Below are positions 36,897 to 48,267 of a stretch of 64,000 bases of DNA, in pieces. Position 1 is the first letter of the stretch; every line of letters starts with the position of its first letter. The position numbers were made by a program, and so were the translations under genes. Origin of the DNA: a virus. The notes below the pieces were generated by a model. It searched no databases. It saw nothing but the letters and a program-made list of their open reading frames with translations, and was not told where the DNA came from. The stretch covers positions 15,937 through 79,936 of IMG/VR virus record IMGVR_UViG_3300024329_000007, one strand, 5' to 3'.

Positions 36897-38837
36897 TTAT
36901 CTTAAAATATCTGCTTCAAATTTATAGTTTATTGGATCTAAACATGTAATCTCAATATACGGCTTAGCTGTAATTAGCTGGTCTGGTTCAATATGTGCAA
37001 TAGTTTTAGTAAAACCACTTGTCTTACCGGTCTTAATAATAATACTATTACCATTAATATTTATTGTATCAAATACTATTTTAAATACATGACCAACTTG
37101 CCATGCAGTAGTACTGTCATCAATGTATATATACAAATCATCATTAGGGTCAGTTGAAAAAGTTTCATAAAGACTTAGCCTATTAGTAAAGTCTTGAAGT
37201 CTAGACCATATTGCATATCGATCCGCACCGTTTCCACTATTACCTGCATCAAATAGATTAGTATTAGTAATTTCAACAGCTACTTCCTTTGCAGCTATAT
37301 CCCATAAAAACTTTTGACTTGGTGCATAACCAACAACATTATTATTAATTTTAATATGCCCCGTTGCGTTTTTTGAAATAGAAGTTCCCTTACCACCAAA
37401 AACAACATCAGTATTATATTGTAATTCTGTGGGTATTGTACCATCAATCAAAGAATTTATCTTTTCATGTGCTTTCTGTATTAATTTTAACAAAGCATCA
37501 GAATCTTCTAACTGTATTGAGCTATTTTGAAAACTATCTTCTAACTCTCTTAATCTTTTTAAAATATCATCAGAGTCGTCACTCGACACTAATAAGTTTT
37601 CTAAAGTATCAAGTCTAGATGCAATTCTAGAATATCTAGCATTAGCATCTAATAAAACTTCTACGGCATTTTCTAATGCAGTAGTCGTATCCATAAAAAG
37701 ATCCATCGAGAATGTAGTAAAGTCATTAATACTTGTTTCTACACCAACATTATCTAGAGATGAATTAAATTTAAGATTAAGCTTTAATGAAAAAGCATTA
37801 CCATTAAGTCCGGTAACTTCATTTGGCTTATTCTTAATTTGTTCGTTAATTTTAGAACCGACACCACCAACCGACTGAATATCATCTAGTATAAGTATAC
37901 CATATAAATTTGTCGCTCTATTTGAAGGCACTGATTCACTGTATAGGTCATAGTAAACTAAAATAGCATTAAAAGTAAACCTTTGACCGGTTTTTGAGTA
38001 ATCTAATAAGTTTTTAACAGAAGATGTATTTACAACCTCATGGTATGCTGTTGCATCCCACTCAATTTGGACACTATCTGTAGTATTAACTGAAATATCA
38101 TAATAAGGTCCATCTGATAAAGTATAATTATCAACAACAGCATCTATATTTAAACTTGGGTCTGGATGTGTTTGTCCAGCTCTACCCTCAATATCACTAG
38201 ATGCATAAAGTTTACTTGCTGTTGTATTATAATTTTCAGGACTAAAAATAACTTGTGGCGTATAACCAACTGATGTTGGCACATTAATAAATACCTCGTG
38301 GTAAGTATTACCGGCATAGGCGACATCATTCTCTGCGTCAATTGTACCTAAATACTTTACAACTCTATCATAAGCTGCTGTACCAATTCCATCACTATTC
38401 ACAGGTTCAGTATAACCGCCCAGTGTACTAGTATTAGAATCTGCAGATTTATATCTAATAGCCCCAAGAGTGCTCAACCATTTAAAAAATATCTTTTCAG
38501 AATCTGATTGCATTATAATAGGATCGTAATCATCATCTTGAAGAAGTAATTCTTCCATGTTTAATGCATAGTTTTGAAAAGTTTGCGCAAAATCTATATT
38601 TGGAGCGTTTCCAACGTAATTTGCACCAGATGCTTGTTTAAGCCCTAATTCAAAATCGATAGTGTTTGAGCCAGATACTGCTGTTGTAAAATCTGGAAGA
38701 TCTATTAACGCAAATCTGCTAAACTCAAATTTAATATCTGGGTTGTTAAACGCCCTAGTCATGTCCTTTGCAGAAGACGCAAACGCATACATAGTGCCGC
38801 CCTGCGACTGTGGTATTCTAACTAGTGGAGTTGCCAT
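36897..38837 (-). CDS. Virion structural protein
   Basis: 646 aa; GGTMYAFASSAKD, FNAILVYYD, NLYGILILD; structural-gene context. Confidence 0.55.
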   Translation of the reverse strand: MATPLVRIPQSQGGTMYAFASSAKDMTRAFNNPDIKFEFSRFALIDLPDFTTAVSGSNTIDFELGLKQASGANYVGNAPNIDFAQTFQNYALNMEELLLQDDDYDPIIMQSDSEKIFFKWLSTLGAIRYKSADSNTSTLGGYTEPVNSDGIGTAAYDRVVKYLGTIDAENDVAYAGNTYHEVFINVPTSVGYTPQVIFSPENYNTTASKLYASSDIEGRAGQTHPDPSLNIDAVVDNYTLSDGPYYDISVNTTDSVQIEWDATAYHEVVNTSSVKNLLDYSKTGQRFTFNAILVYYDLYSESVPSNRATNLYGILILDDIQSVGGVGSKINEQIKNKPNEVTGLNGNAFSLKLNLKFNSSLDNVGVETSINDFTTFSMDLFMDTTTALENAVEVLLDANARYSRIASRLDTLENLLVSSDDSDDILKRLRELEDSFQNSSIQLEDSDALLKLIQKAHEKINSLIDGTIPTELQYNTDVVFGGKGTSISKNATGHIKINNNVVGYAPSQKFLWDIAAKEVAVEITNTNLFDAGNSGNGADRYAIWSRLQDFTNRLSLYETFSTDPNDDLYIYIDDSTTAWQVGHVFKIVFDTININGNSIIIKTGKTSGFTKTIAHIEPDQLITAKPYIEITCLDPINYKFEADILR

Positions 38838-38860
38838 TTATTAACTTGTTTATTTGTTTA

Positions 38861-39442
38861 TTATACTATTGTTGCACCATAAGAAGCAATAACAAACCAT
38901 TTGTTATTAAAACATCTTAAAGTTGCAGAAGCGTTTACTATATTTGCAGAAGCTCCGGTTAAAGTTATAGTGCTTACACCTAAATCAACTCCGGCTGCAC
39001 TATTAATTTCTATATCCGATGCAGATCTACTAATAATAGTAACTTCTTGGCCTTCCTCTCCTTCTGGAAGAGTAAATGTATTTGCAACAAAATAAGTACT
39101 TGCCTCTATAGATACAGGTGCATTGTCAATAGAAGGTGTTGCAAATGAACCAACTACTCCGTTTTTAATTAATTTACCACCAACTTTAAAAGCTCCGTTA
39201 AATGTAGTATCTACTTCAAAAGTTGCTTCAGTTGTGTTAATAGAAGCAATAGAGCTACCACCAGATGTTAGTGAAAGTTCCCCAGCAGATACACTAGCTA
39301 CATTACTTAATGTTTGCGTAGTTGGATCTAATAGGGCTGTGATTGAAGAAAGTTCATCATTTAATAACTCAAAGTTACTATTGATAACTGGTCTCGATGA
39401 AGAAACTGAATCAGTTCCTAAAATTTCAGTAATGTTTGCCAT
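38861..39442 (-). CDS. Short fibre-like structural protein
   Basis: SSSRPVINSNF N-terminal motif; TLPEGEEGQEVTII...WFVI C-terminal beta domain. Confidence 0.55.
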   Translation of the reverse strand: MANITEILGTDSVSSSRPVINSNFELLNDELSSITALLDPTTQTLSNVASVSAGELSLTSGGSSIASINTTEATFEVDTTFNGAFKVGGKLIKNGVVGSFATPSIDNAPVSIEASTYFVANTFTLPEGEEGQEVTIISRSASDIEINSAAGVDLGVSTITLTGASANIVNASATLRCFNNKWFVIASYGATIV

Positions 39443-39453
39443 TTTTAGTTTTT

Positions 39454-42252
39454 TTATTTTACTTTTATCATATTACGTTTTACAACGTTTTTATTTCCAT
39501 ACGTGTCTTCGGCATTTAGCTCAATTGAGTAGAAACCAGACTCTTTAAAAATATAAGTCAGCCACATATTATTATAGTATATATCATCATTTGCTGGGTT
39601 AGTTGCATGTTTAATACTCCATGTTGGATTTTTTAGACCCGGCATTTTAGAACTATCCACTGCAATTGTTACATGAGTCGATCTTTCTACTTCTGCAAAA
39701 TCTTTAAAAACCCTAGTATCATCGAACGTTGGATTATAATGTATGACATGTTGTAAGCCCTCAGTTATATATATTGGTTCCAGGTCTGTAGGCCCTTGTA
39801 CTGATACAGAATCAAAATCATAATTCTTAGAATACTCTTTACCAACTGCTAAAATATAGTAAAAAGTTTCGCCACTTCCATTGTTATCTATATCAGCAAA
39901 TACTGGATTGTAATTAAACTTACTAATGATAGGATCCATAGACGCATTAAGTTCATCTGTAATTGTTTGCCAAGCACTAATATCTAAACTACCAGATGGT
40001 GTTGGAGATGTAACAGTTATAGAACCAGTCTCAATTTCATTAGTACTAACATTTGTATGTGTAATAGATAGAACTGTTCCTGTTTCAAGATCATCTATTT
40101 TAAAAGACGAAGTTTGATCTGGCCCCACTCTAGTAGAATCCCAAGAAAGATTTTTTGTATCAAACCATCTATAAGAAGACTCTTCCCATCTATAAGGTCC
40201 AGTAGTTTCACTAAAACCAGTCTCGCTATAAATATCCTGATATCTTCGCACTGTAGAAAATCTAATACCTTGGCTAATATCATGCTGATAATTAGCTCGA
40301 TCTAGCGTTAAATAAAGTGCAGCAATATGTTCATCTACCGATGTCTTGTTATTTTGAGGATTGTCCCAATAACCACCAGCTTTACTCCAGTCTAATTTTG
40401 TATCGTCCCATGTAAAAGACTCTAGCCATTTATAAATACCATACAATTCAATATCTTTTAAATTAACTTCAAACAAATCGTCTATTTTATAATAAGACCT
40501 ATGTCCAAATAAATCATAAGTTCTCATCTCTACACTATATACATCATTGTGCGGAATGAAAATCGGTAATCTTAAATAATCATCAATTGCTCCTCTAAAA
40601 CTTTGATTATACCCATTTCTACCCGTAACTATCCATTCTATTTCATATACCCATTTTTTCCACCAGTTTTCCCAAGTTACACCAGAGTGTAGTTGTTCAA
40701 TTCCGTTTGGTACTGGATCATTTCCATCTGGATCTGCATCTTCCCATGTAAAAAGGGCCTCATCCCATATATCATCAAACGATGGAATTCCATTAAGTAT
40801 AATAGGACATCCAACTGGAGTGCCCTCATTCCAAGTTTCTAAAGTTCTATCATGATAGTTTTCATAGAATGCATCTACAATATCTCTTAACTCAGTGATT
40901 TCACTAGAAGTAAGTGTAGAATAATCTATATCACGGTAATTTAAAAACTTTACGTAATTATTTGTAGCATCATTTTGATCTAAAACATTACCAATTACCA
41001 GTGCCATATCTTCAATAAAAATAGATCTTTCTTCTTGGTCTATTTTAAAATCAATATTATGACCCTCACTAAAATAAGATATTGCATTTTGAGTATTCCA
41101 CACATTTATATTTTTTTGTGTAAAATAATCACCTTCTGCTGTAATATCAATAATCTTAGCGTTAAGGGGTAAAAAATCTAATTGTAACTTTTTAGATAAT
41201 CCATATAATTTAAGTAGAATTTCTTCTGGTGTAAAATCAAAAATCTCAGTTACATTTGGGATATCCCACTCATCATAAGTTCCGTTTGGTTCATTAAGCC
41301 TATAAACAAGACTAAATTTACTAGTCTTTTTCATTGTTTTAGAAGGAGTCTGAATAACCTGCTTCTTTCTAGTCATTTCACCCCTAACTGAAGAGTTAGG
41401 TACTGGAACTGCATGTAATTTACCAAAATTACTTTTAGAAGAATCTACATTTAACCAATATTCTTTTAATGTAATATTATTATACCCAAAGAAATCAATT
41501 GCGTTTAAGATTGCTTTATATGTACCAACAAACGGCTTAATATTGTGTAACTCTAATAAGAGTTCTTTTCTTTTTTGATTTAATAAAATGTTATCTGGCG
41601 ACATTTCAGAAAGATCATGACTTTTAAATAAAAGAAAATCACCTTCACTTAAAGTAGCTCCAAAATTCTGTAAAAGATTTTTTAATCTTTCATCTTCAGC
41701 AACAACTTCACCATAAAATGAAATTGAAGCTATCATATTTTTTGAACTTCCTTCTTTTATATAGACATTTAATATTCTAACATGAGCACCTTCAAATTCA
41801 GATTTAATAGCAATATTAACCTGAAGTGCTGATGTATTATTTTTAGAATCATTAATAATGTAATAACCTTCTGGGTTTGTGCTATCAACATCACTAAAAT
41901 CTCCAAGATTAATTTCAACTGTTTTTTTCTCTGTAACTATCGGTAATCCATTTTGCATTTCTGCATCATACATAAAAATATCATCACTATGGTTTGAATT
42001 ATTTTCTGTTGCCCATTCAAAACAAAGAATTGCTGGAGTGCTAGATTCTGACCTAGGATAATTAAATGTAAAATTATTTCTATGGATAACTTCCTCTAAT
42101 ACAAATATATTAGAAGTTTCATAAAGCCCTGTCGATACCTCATCTAAAAAAACACTACCCTGTAAGAAACTATCACTATAACTTGAAGATTTAGTCTTCA
42201 AATTTAAGTCATTTTCAGTGTCTTTAAAAAATCTTAAATTATTATAAGCCAT
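39454..42252 (-). CDS. Baseplate wedge protein (gp7-like)
   Basis: IKPFVGTYKAILNAIDFFGY..LKEYW motif; located downstream of the gp6-like gene. Confidence 0.55.
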   Translation of the reverse strand: MAYNNLRFFKDTENDLNLKTKSSSYSDSFLQGSVFLDEVSTGLYETSNIFVLEEVIHRNNFTFNYPRSESSTPAILCFEWATENNSNHSDDIFMYDAEMQNGLPIVTEKKTVEINLGDFSDVDSTNPEGYYIINDSKNNTSALQVNIAIKSEFEGAHVRILNVYIKEGSSKNMIASISFYGEVVAEDERLKNLLQNFGATLSEGDFLLFKSHDLSEMSPDNILLNQKRKELLLELHNIKPFVGTYKAILNAIDFFGYNNITLKEYWLNVDSSKSNFGKLHAVPVPNSSVRGEMTRKKQVIQTPSKTMKKTSKFSLVYRLNEPNGTYDEWDIPNVTEIFDFTPEEILLKLYGLSKKLQLDFLPLNAKIIDITAEGDYFTQKNINVWNTQNAISYFSEGHNIDFKIDQEERSIFIEDMALVIGNVLDQNDATNNYVKFLNYRDIDYSTLTSSEITELRDIVDAFYENYHDRTLETWNEGTPVGCPIILNGIPSFDDIWDEALFTWEDADPDGNDPVPNGIEQLHSGVTWENWWKKWVYEIEWIVTGRNGYNQSFRGAIDDYLRLPIFIPHNDVYSVEMRTYDLFGHRSYYKIDDLFEVNLKDIELYGIYKWLESFTWDDTKLDWSKAGGYWDNPQNNKTSVDEHIAALYLTLDRANYQHDISQGIRFSTVRRYQDIYSETGFSETTGPYRWEESSYRWFDTKNLSWDSTRVGPDQTSSFKIDDLETGTVLSITHTNVSTNEIETGSITVTSPTPSGSLDISAWQTITDELNASMDPIISKFNYNPVFADIDNNGSGETFYYILAVGKEYSKNYDFDSVSVQGPTDLEPIYITEGLQHVIHYNPTFDDTRVFKDFAEVERSTHVTIAVDSSKMPGLKNPTWSIKHATNPANDDIYYNNMWLTYIFKESGFYSIELNAEDTYGNKNVVKRNMIKVK

Positions 42253-42533
42253 TATCTAACGTTTATGTCGTCTTTTTTAGTAGTGTAATTTTTAAAGTTC
42301 TTTAAGTATGCCGGTGCTTTTAAAATATTACCAAGCGATCTATCTATATAAAAAACAAAATTTGCAAGTATCTTACTCCTTAAAATAAATGGAGATACTG
42401 AATTACTTAAAATACCCGCAAGCCTAGTAGGAACTCCATTGTTTAATCTAGAATCCTTTCTAGTATTAGAAGCTTCATAAAGCTTAGTATTAAGCGCAGC
42501 ATTTGATTTTGTTTTATTAAGATCCTTCCTCAT
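42252..42533 (-). CDS. Small baseplate-associated hypothetical protein
   Basis: 93-aa ORF coupled (TAATG) to both neighbours. Confidence 0.6.
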   Translation of the reverse strand: MRKDLNKTKSNAALNTKLYEASNTRKDSRLNNGVPTRLAGILSNSVSPFILRSKILANFVFYIDRSLGNILKAPAYLKNFKNYTTKKDDINVR

Positions 42534-44365
42534 TACTTAAGTGCTTTTCTATTTCCTGCCTGTACCCTAGTGTAAATTGTTCTAGGTACTGGAGTTGAGT
42601 CAAAGTTAATACTTAATGCTGCCTCTTCATTCATAAGAGCATCATCTACAATTACATCACCATCTCTATCTTGCCAACCTCCTCTAAATACTGCAACTTC
42701 TTCTTTATCCATAATAATATCACCCCATTGATCTAATCCAGCCACATCTTCTGGGATTGTAGTAGTATCATCAACTCTTACGACATTTACAGTTTCTAAT
42801 TTTTTAAAGAACACATATTTCTGTTTACCATTTCCAATATCTTCTAATAATACTGGCTCTTGTGGCTGTACTTGTGTTGTAATTGATTCATAATAACCAA
42901 GTCTTCTAGCTGTTTCTTCAGTTTCAGAAATAAATCTAACATTTACTGAATCAATACCTTCTATTTCTTCTAAGATGTAAATAATATCAGACTTAGGTAG
43001 TTTATCTCTTCTTGTTATATTTAATAAGTAATCAGAAACAACAGCCCTAACATCATTAAAAATATCTTGTTTACTAAATCCTTCAAAATATCTAATATCA
43101 ATATCCATTGAATATTTTCTAATTTGTGGCTTTACAAAATTAACTTCTGTCGTTACCATCATTTGACCAGAGTCTTCTAACACTTTTAACATTGCGTCAT
43201 ATTCCTCTTGTGCAAAAAACATTTCTTTTTCTGGCATTGAAAAATAATCACCGCCTTTAGAAACTTTTTTCTTAATATCCGGAGTTGCAAAAATATAAAT
43301 AACATTATCGTCGTCTAAGTATTGGTCGTCAGTTCTATTATAAGCGTCAATATAAGAGAAGATACCATACTTAGAAAGAAAGTATTCATAATTATCTGGA
43401 GTAGCCAACACAAAGCTCTTAGAGGCCATAGGAGTTAATATCTTTGTAAAGTCAATAGATTCTCTATTAGCTCCCATCTTTGGCGAAGAAGTTACTTCAA
43501 CATTTAATAGTTCATTAAGGTCATGTAATGTTCCAGTTGAATCTTCACCTTCAACTTTCCATTTAACTTTTAATTCACCGGAATCATTAAGATTACCTTG
43601 AGCACCTTTATGTTTTAAATATTCTACTTCTACAATAGCGCCTTTATTTGGTATAGCACCAAAATTAGAGTTACCAAAATAAATATCTAACCCACCAGAA
43701 ATTCCAGTCTTAATTAGATAGCCTTTTTCATTTGGTAGTAAATCATATAAAGATTCATGCTTAGTCCACTGTTCTCCATTAACACTAATAGTAACTCTAT
43801 TATGATCTGTTAAACCGCTGCCAGTTTTACAGTTAAAAGATTGCATCGATTCACCAGTACTAGTAAACGTTTGTTTTTCAAAAACACCCTGTACGATTCC
43901 ACATGTAGTCCAGTTAAAATCTGATTTAGAAATTCTAAAGGCATCCCTAGAAGTTAATAATGTGTAGAACAATCCATTTGATTCAAACTCAAGTTCGGCT
44001 CTACCATCTATAACTAATCCATTTCCGGCAATATCTCCTAAACTTGCAGATGGACTCCATCTAAATCTAATTTCACCAAATGCAGAATAACCTCTTGTCG
44101 CATCATGTCCAGTTAATCTAGACATTCCATATACAGATTCCGGATGTTGTGCTGTATAAATATTTTGTTCAACTAACGCATCTTCAATATAAAACATGAT
44201 AAGCTCAGTTATTTCAGATAGAACTAAAACAATTTGAGCAAACGGAGAAGCCGTAGTAAATAATGTACCAGCTCTTTTATATGCTGATATAATATAATTA
44301 CGTGCGTCCTCTCTAATTTTATTAGAAGTAATTCTTAGTGTATTTAAAAAATTTTGTTCAGCCAT
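42533..44365 (-). CDS. Baseplate wedge subunit (T4 gp6-like)
   Basis: SPFAQIVLVLSE, IYFGNSNFGAIP..G..VEVEYL...G..GN, GANRES, LATPDNYE. Confidence 0.8.
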   Translation of the reverse strand: MAEQNFLNTLRITSNKIREDARNYIISAYKRAGTLFTTASPFAQIVLVLSEITELIMFYIEDALVEQNIYTAQHPESVYGMSRLTGHDATRGYSAFGEIRFRWSPSASLGDIAGNGLVIDGRAELEFESNGLFYTLLTSRDAFRISKSDFNWTTCGIVQGVFEKQTFTSTGESMQSFNCKTGSGLTDHNRVTISVNGEQWTKHESLYDLLPNEKGYLIKTGISGGLDIYFGNSNFGAIPNKGAIVEVEYLKHKGAQGNLNDSGELKVKWKVEGEDSTGTLHDLNELLNVEVTSSPKMGANRESIDFTKILTPMASKSFVLATPDNYEYFLSKYGIFSYIDAYNRTDDQYLDDDNVIYIFATPDIKKKVSKGGDYFSMPEKEMFFAQEEYDAMLKVLEDSGQMMVTTEVNFVKPQIRKYSMDIDIRYFEGFSKQDIFNDVRAVVSDYLLNITRRDKLPKSDIIYILEEIEGIDSVNVRFISETEETARRLGYYESITTQVQPQEPVLLEDIGNGKQKYVFFKKLETVNVVRVDDTTTIPEDVAGLDQWGDIIMDKEEVAVFRGGWQDRDGDVIVDDALMNEEAALSINFDSTPVPRTIYTRVQAGNRKALK

Positions 44366-44381
44366 TTTTTGTTATTATAAT

Positions 44382-44735
44382 TTACGTACGAACTGAGACT
44401 TCATACTTATTATCTATCTCAATATTAATGTACCCTATATCTCTTGCATTTCCTCTTTCAAAAGAAACATTAATTTTAACTTTATGTTTATTCGCTAATG
44501 GACAATATGTATTTAATTGACTTCTTATTTGCTTTTTAATTTTATATTCAGCAAAACCAAATGTATATATCATATCTCCTAAGTTACAACCAAAGTCCGG
44601 AAATCCTAAAACATCACCCTTTCTAGTAAATAGAATAGTTTCAATTTGAGTAATTAATTGTTGAACTTCGTCTTCAATATGTACTTTAGTTGCGTCAAAA
44701 TTTGGGTCGCCATTGACTTTAATATAGATCTCCAT
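44382..44735 (-). CDS. Baseplate wedge / sheath initiator (gp25-like)
   Basis: ILFTRKGDVLGFPDFGCNL signature. Confidence 0.85.
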   Translation of the reverse strand: MEIYIKVNGDPNFDATKVHIEDEVQQLITQIETILFTRKGDVLGFPDFGCNLGDMIYTFGFAEYKIKKQIRSQLNTYCPLANKHKVKINVSFERGNARDIGYINIEIDNKYEVSVRT

Positions 44736-44753
44736 TTTATATGTATTCGTTTT

Positions 44754-45620
44754 TTATGAGTGCATCATCCAATCAACACCTTCATCACCTTTAATTTCTT
44801 CTTCAATTATAGATAATTCTTCATCACCCATATCTTTTATAGCTCCATAATCAAATTCAACATTACCAGGCATTGCAAATTTAAAGATACCTAATTTTGC
44901 ACCAAGTGATTGTTTAATCTTAGCACTTACGTATCTAAAAAATAACTCATCATCAAATAAAGCACAATCGTGAATAGTCTCATATACCTCTAATATCACA
45001 TCGCCCTTTGGAGTATCTCCCATAATTTTTAAATCACCTGTTAGTTGTGAGTAATGAAATGAAATAGGATTTTCTAGAATCTGTCTAGACAGATCAGCCA
45101 TAGAAGCATTCAATACATAATATTGTAATTCTTCAGCAGCATCTGCAGCTCCAGCACCATCGTACATTCTTCTAAATAACATTCTTTCCATAGAGAAGTC
45201 AGATCCACCTTGGAATCTTTTATCCATACCACTACCAACGCCATTCCAGCCTGATGCTAAATCATAAAGCCCATATACTGAATAAACAGATCCACCTAAG
45301 TCTTTCTTATTTCCTTCAGCATCACTAGAAGCTGCACCTGGCAAAGTTAGAGTCCTATGTTTCTTAAAGTATTCAGTCTCAAATATTTCATTAGGTATAT
45401 GATAATAATTCTCCTTAAGAGAATATTCATATTTTTTATACATCCACTTTTTAGCTCTTTTAATAATATTAAGAACTTCCTTTGGTGGTAATTGTATTGG
45501 AATCATACAAGCTCCAGAAATATCATCCTGAATTTCTGTGAGAAATTCATTTAAACAGTTTGAACCAAAGTCTCTTGGTGTATTTAAATTACTTTCATTT
45601 CCACTTCTAATTTCACTCAT
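44754..45620 (-). CDS. Neck protein (T4 gp13-like)
   Basis: C-terminal FRYVSAKIKQSLGAKLGIFKFAMPGNVEFD...ELSIIEEEI pattern. Confidence 0.7.
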   Translation of the reverse strand: MSEIRSGNESNLNTPRDFGSNCLNEFLTEIQDDISGACMIPIQLPPKEVLNIIKRAKKWMYKKYEYSLKENYYHIPNEIFETEYFKKHRTLTLPGAASSDAEGNKKDLGGSVYSVYGLYDLASGWNGVGSGMDKRFQGGSDFSMERMLFRRMYDGAGAADAAEELQYYVLNASMADLSRQILENPISFHYSQLTGDLKIMGDTPKGDVILEVYETIHDCALFDDELFFRYVSAKIKQSLGAKLGIFKFAMPGNVEFDYGAIKDMGDEELSIIEEEIKGDEGVDWMMHS

Positions 45621-45624
45621 TTTG

Positions 45625-46932
45625 TTATTTTATTTTTTTACTTACTACTATTTCGGTATCTTCAAATCTAGCAGCATCGCTTTTAAAACCTTCTCTAAAA
45701 ATACCCCCAATCATTTTACCTTTAAAGATTCCATCTCTACCAAAGACATAACAATTAGTTAACTCGCAACTTCCATGTACATAAGAAGATTCTATTTTAG
45801 ATTCAAATACTTCAGTAGATCTATATAAATCACATCTTAATAAATTAGCGCCCTTAACGGTACATCCATATAAATTAGACGTTTCAATATTACCAGCCAA
45901 TTCACAGTCTACAAAATCATATCCTTCTAATAAATAACAGATTCCAAATTTACCATCTTTAACCTGTATTTTTCCTAAGTCGCTATCATAATTAATTTTA
46001 CCAGAAACCATGCCACCATTTACAATAAGATCCATTACTTTTTTCTTTATCTTAGCCCACTGTAATTGTATAATTTGTTCATGTTCTTGTAGGTCTACCA
46101 TAATTGTAATTTCAGGCCAATATTTATTAATATTTTTCCAATCTTTACTACTTTCTATTATTGGTAAATTTTTATTAAGAATCTTTCTAAGCTCAATCTT
46201 ATTTTCTTCGTTAAAAAGAGGGCTATTGCAAGAGTTCCACATTTGCATTAAAAACATTTCAGAAAGATAAAAAATGTTTTCAGATTTTTTTTCATAATCT
46301 GCGCCACCTAAATATCTAAATTCTAGATAATTACTTTCTTTCTTTGAAAAGTTAATTCCATAGTATTTTGTATCTGCAAATTTATAACTCATAGATGAAA
46401 TATTACTACCATCAAAAAAGTAGGCTTCATCTTTAGGCATAATCCATTTAATACTTTTTGCATAAACAGACTTTTCTCTTTTAGGGAAGAATTTATATAC
46501 TTGTTGCTCATTAAAATCAAGAATGAATTTTAAAACATTCATTTTTGAAATCATCGCAGGATCCTCTAAATATTTTTTATCAAATGAAAGATTAATATGT
46601 ATAGATGCTCTGTCATTAGTATAGCCATTCTCATTAATCCAGTTTAAAACATTAGAAATCATAATCCTAGCGTTTCTATATGGAACAGGCCCTGTTACTA
46701 ATTCTACCAAGCCTTTACCACCAGACATATCTGGTTCTAATTTAAACTCATCAGCAGATGGTTGAAAATCAGAATGGGCTTTATCTTCAAGCCTAATAGG
46801 TCGGCCTAGGAGTTTACTCAATGATTTTTGAGTCTCTTCTAGGCCGATATTAGAATAGAATTCGAACTCGACACCTACTAGCGCTGCGTTCAGTATAGAG
46901 TTGCGATCTGAATTCTTATTTAATTTTTTCAT
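45625..46932 (-). CDS. Putative amidoligase (COOH-NH2 ligase type 2) with C-terminal beta-helix-like repeats
   Basis: VGVEFEF, VELVTGP, ASIHINLS, KYYGINF, LEFRYLGG. Confidence 0.75.
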   Translation of the reverse strand: MKKLNKNSDRNSILNAALVGVEFEFYSNIGLEETQKSLSKLLGRPIRLEDKAHSDFQPSADEFKLEPDMSGGKGLVELVTGPVPYRNARIMISNVLNWINENGYTNDRASIHINLSFDKKYLEDPAMISKMNVLKFILDFNEQQVYKFFPKREKSVYAKSIKWIMPKDEAYFFDGSNISSMSYKFADTKYYGINFSKKESNYLEFRYLGGADYEKKSENIFYLSEMFLMQMWNSCNSPLFNEENKIELRKILNKNLPIIESSKDWKNINKYWPEITIMVDLQEHEQIIQLQWAKIKKKVMDLIVNGGMVSGKINYDSDLGKIQVKDGKFGICYLLEGYDFVDCELAGNIETSNLYGCTVKGANLLRCDLYRSTEVFESKIESSYVHGSCELTNCYVFGRDGIFKGKMIGGIFREGFKSDAARFEDTEIVVSKKIK

Positions 46933-46983
46933 CTTAGAGTATGATATTACGTTTCAATATATATCACACTTAAAATGCTTTAG

Positions 46984-48267
46984 TTATTGTGGCATCTTTA
47001 AAAATACCTTTTTACTCTCCGTATCGATTCTTGTGATTTGTACTGTAATTTTATCACCAGAATTAAAGACGTCTATTAAGCCATCTTCAAGTTCACTAAT
47101 ATGTAATAAACCAGTAACACCATCTTCAATATTTATAAATAAACCATACTCTTTTTTAGTCTTAATCGTTGCCTCGACAGTCGATGGAATTTGATATCTT
47201 TCAATAATATCATTCCATGGATTAGAGACTACGTTATCTTTTTGAGTTAGTGTAATTTTAGTGTTAGAAATAATATCTTTTACTTTAAATTTAATTTCAT
47301 CACCTGGTTTAATATCTCTAGACTTAAACGCCGGGAGCGTTAATTCATCTAGGTCATTAATGTGTATCATACCAGTAAGACATTTATTAAATTCAACAAA
47401 TACGCCATATCTAGCAGAGCCAGTAACTGTACCAGTATATTCTTCTCCCATATTATCTTTAATGGCCTGAATTTCTGTTGGTATTAGTGCTTGTAAATAT
47501 TTTCTATGTGAAACCACAATAGTTCCTCTATCTGCTGAGAAGCTTACAGGTACTACATAAATTTCAGTACCAATAATAGATTCAAAGTCGTGAAGTTTAT
47601 TAATTCCAGCAAGTGAACCTGGCATAAAGCATTCTACTCCTTGAACTTCTATAATATAACCACCATTCTCGATCATGTTTTTAACAGTACCAACCCAAGC
47701 AGTATTACCTTCTTCAACTCCAGCTCTTAAGTCTAAGAATACCTTATGTTTTACACCACCTGAAATCGAACCAAGTACATGTGTGTTATTTTTATTAGAA
47801 GTAATTAAAACTGCAGTTTCTTCTCCTGGTTGTAGTGCTTTAACAAGAGCAGTCTCTTTATCATACTTAACATAAATCAATTCTCTATAGCCAATATCGA
47901 CTGAAATAAATTCTTGATTTACAGCAAAGATCTTACCTTCATATATAGAACCTTCTGTAATTAATGGTAAGAGAGGATTTTGCTGATTAGCATGTTCCAT
48001 AAGATCATAAAGTTCTTGAGCATAAGATTCTCTCGAATATACTCTATCTCCTTTTTTAGTCTTAATATGTGGGTTTGGTTTTCTGGTTTTAGAAGGGCAT
48101 GTGGCCTCGTAAGCATCCCACATGAATTCACCATTTTCATCGTAAAAGCTCTGTTCAGTTTCTGGAGCTTGTTCTTTAACTTCGATTTGCGGTTCTGGAA
48201 GTTTATCAACCGTTTTGTCTAGTGTTACTGTAGTAATTCTAGGTCTTTTGTTTTTTTCGTTGTTCAT
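46984..48267 (-). CDS. rpsA: Phage-encoded ribosomal protein S1 homologue (four S1 domains)
   Basis: EGSIYEGKI..ISVDIG; GGYIIEVQGVECFMPGSL...VVSHR; YGVFVEF..LTGMIHINDL; YGLFINIEDGVTGLLHISEL...KVFLKM. Confidence 0.85.
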   Translation of the reverse strand: MNNEKNKRPRITTVTLDKTVDKLPEPQIEVKEQAPETEQSFYDENGEFMWDAYEATCPSKTRKPNPHIKTKKGDRVYSRESYAQELYDLMEHANQQNPLLPLITEGSIYEGKIFAVNQEFISVDIGYRELIYVKYDKETALVKALQPGEETAVLITSNKNNTHVLGSISGGVKHKVFLDLRAGVEEGNTAWVGTVKNMIENGGYIIEVQGVECFMPGSLAGINKLHDFESIIGTEIYVVPVSFSADRGTIVVSHRKYLQALIPTEIQAIKDNMGEEYTGTVTGSARYGVFVEFNKCLTGMIHINDLDELTLPAFKSRDIKPGDEIKFKVKDIISNTKITLTQKDNVVSNPWNDIIERYQIPSTVEATIKTKKEYGLFINIEDGVTGLLHISELEDGLIDVFNSGDKITVQITRIDTESKKVFLKMPQ

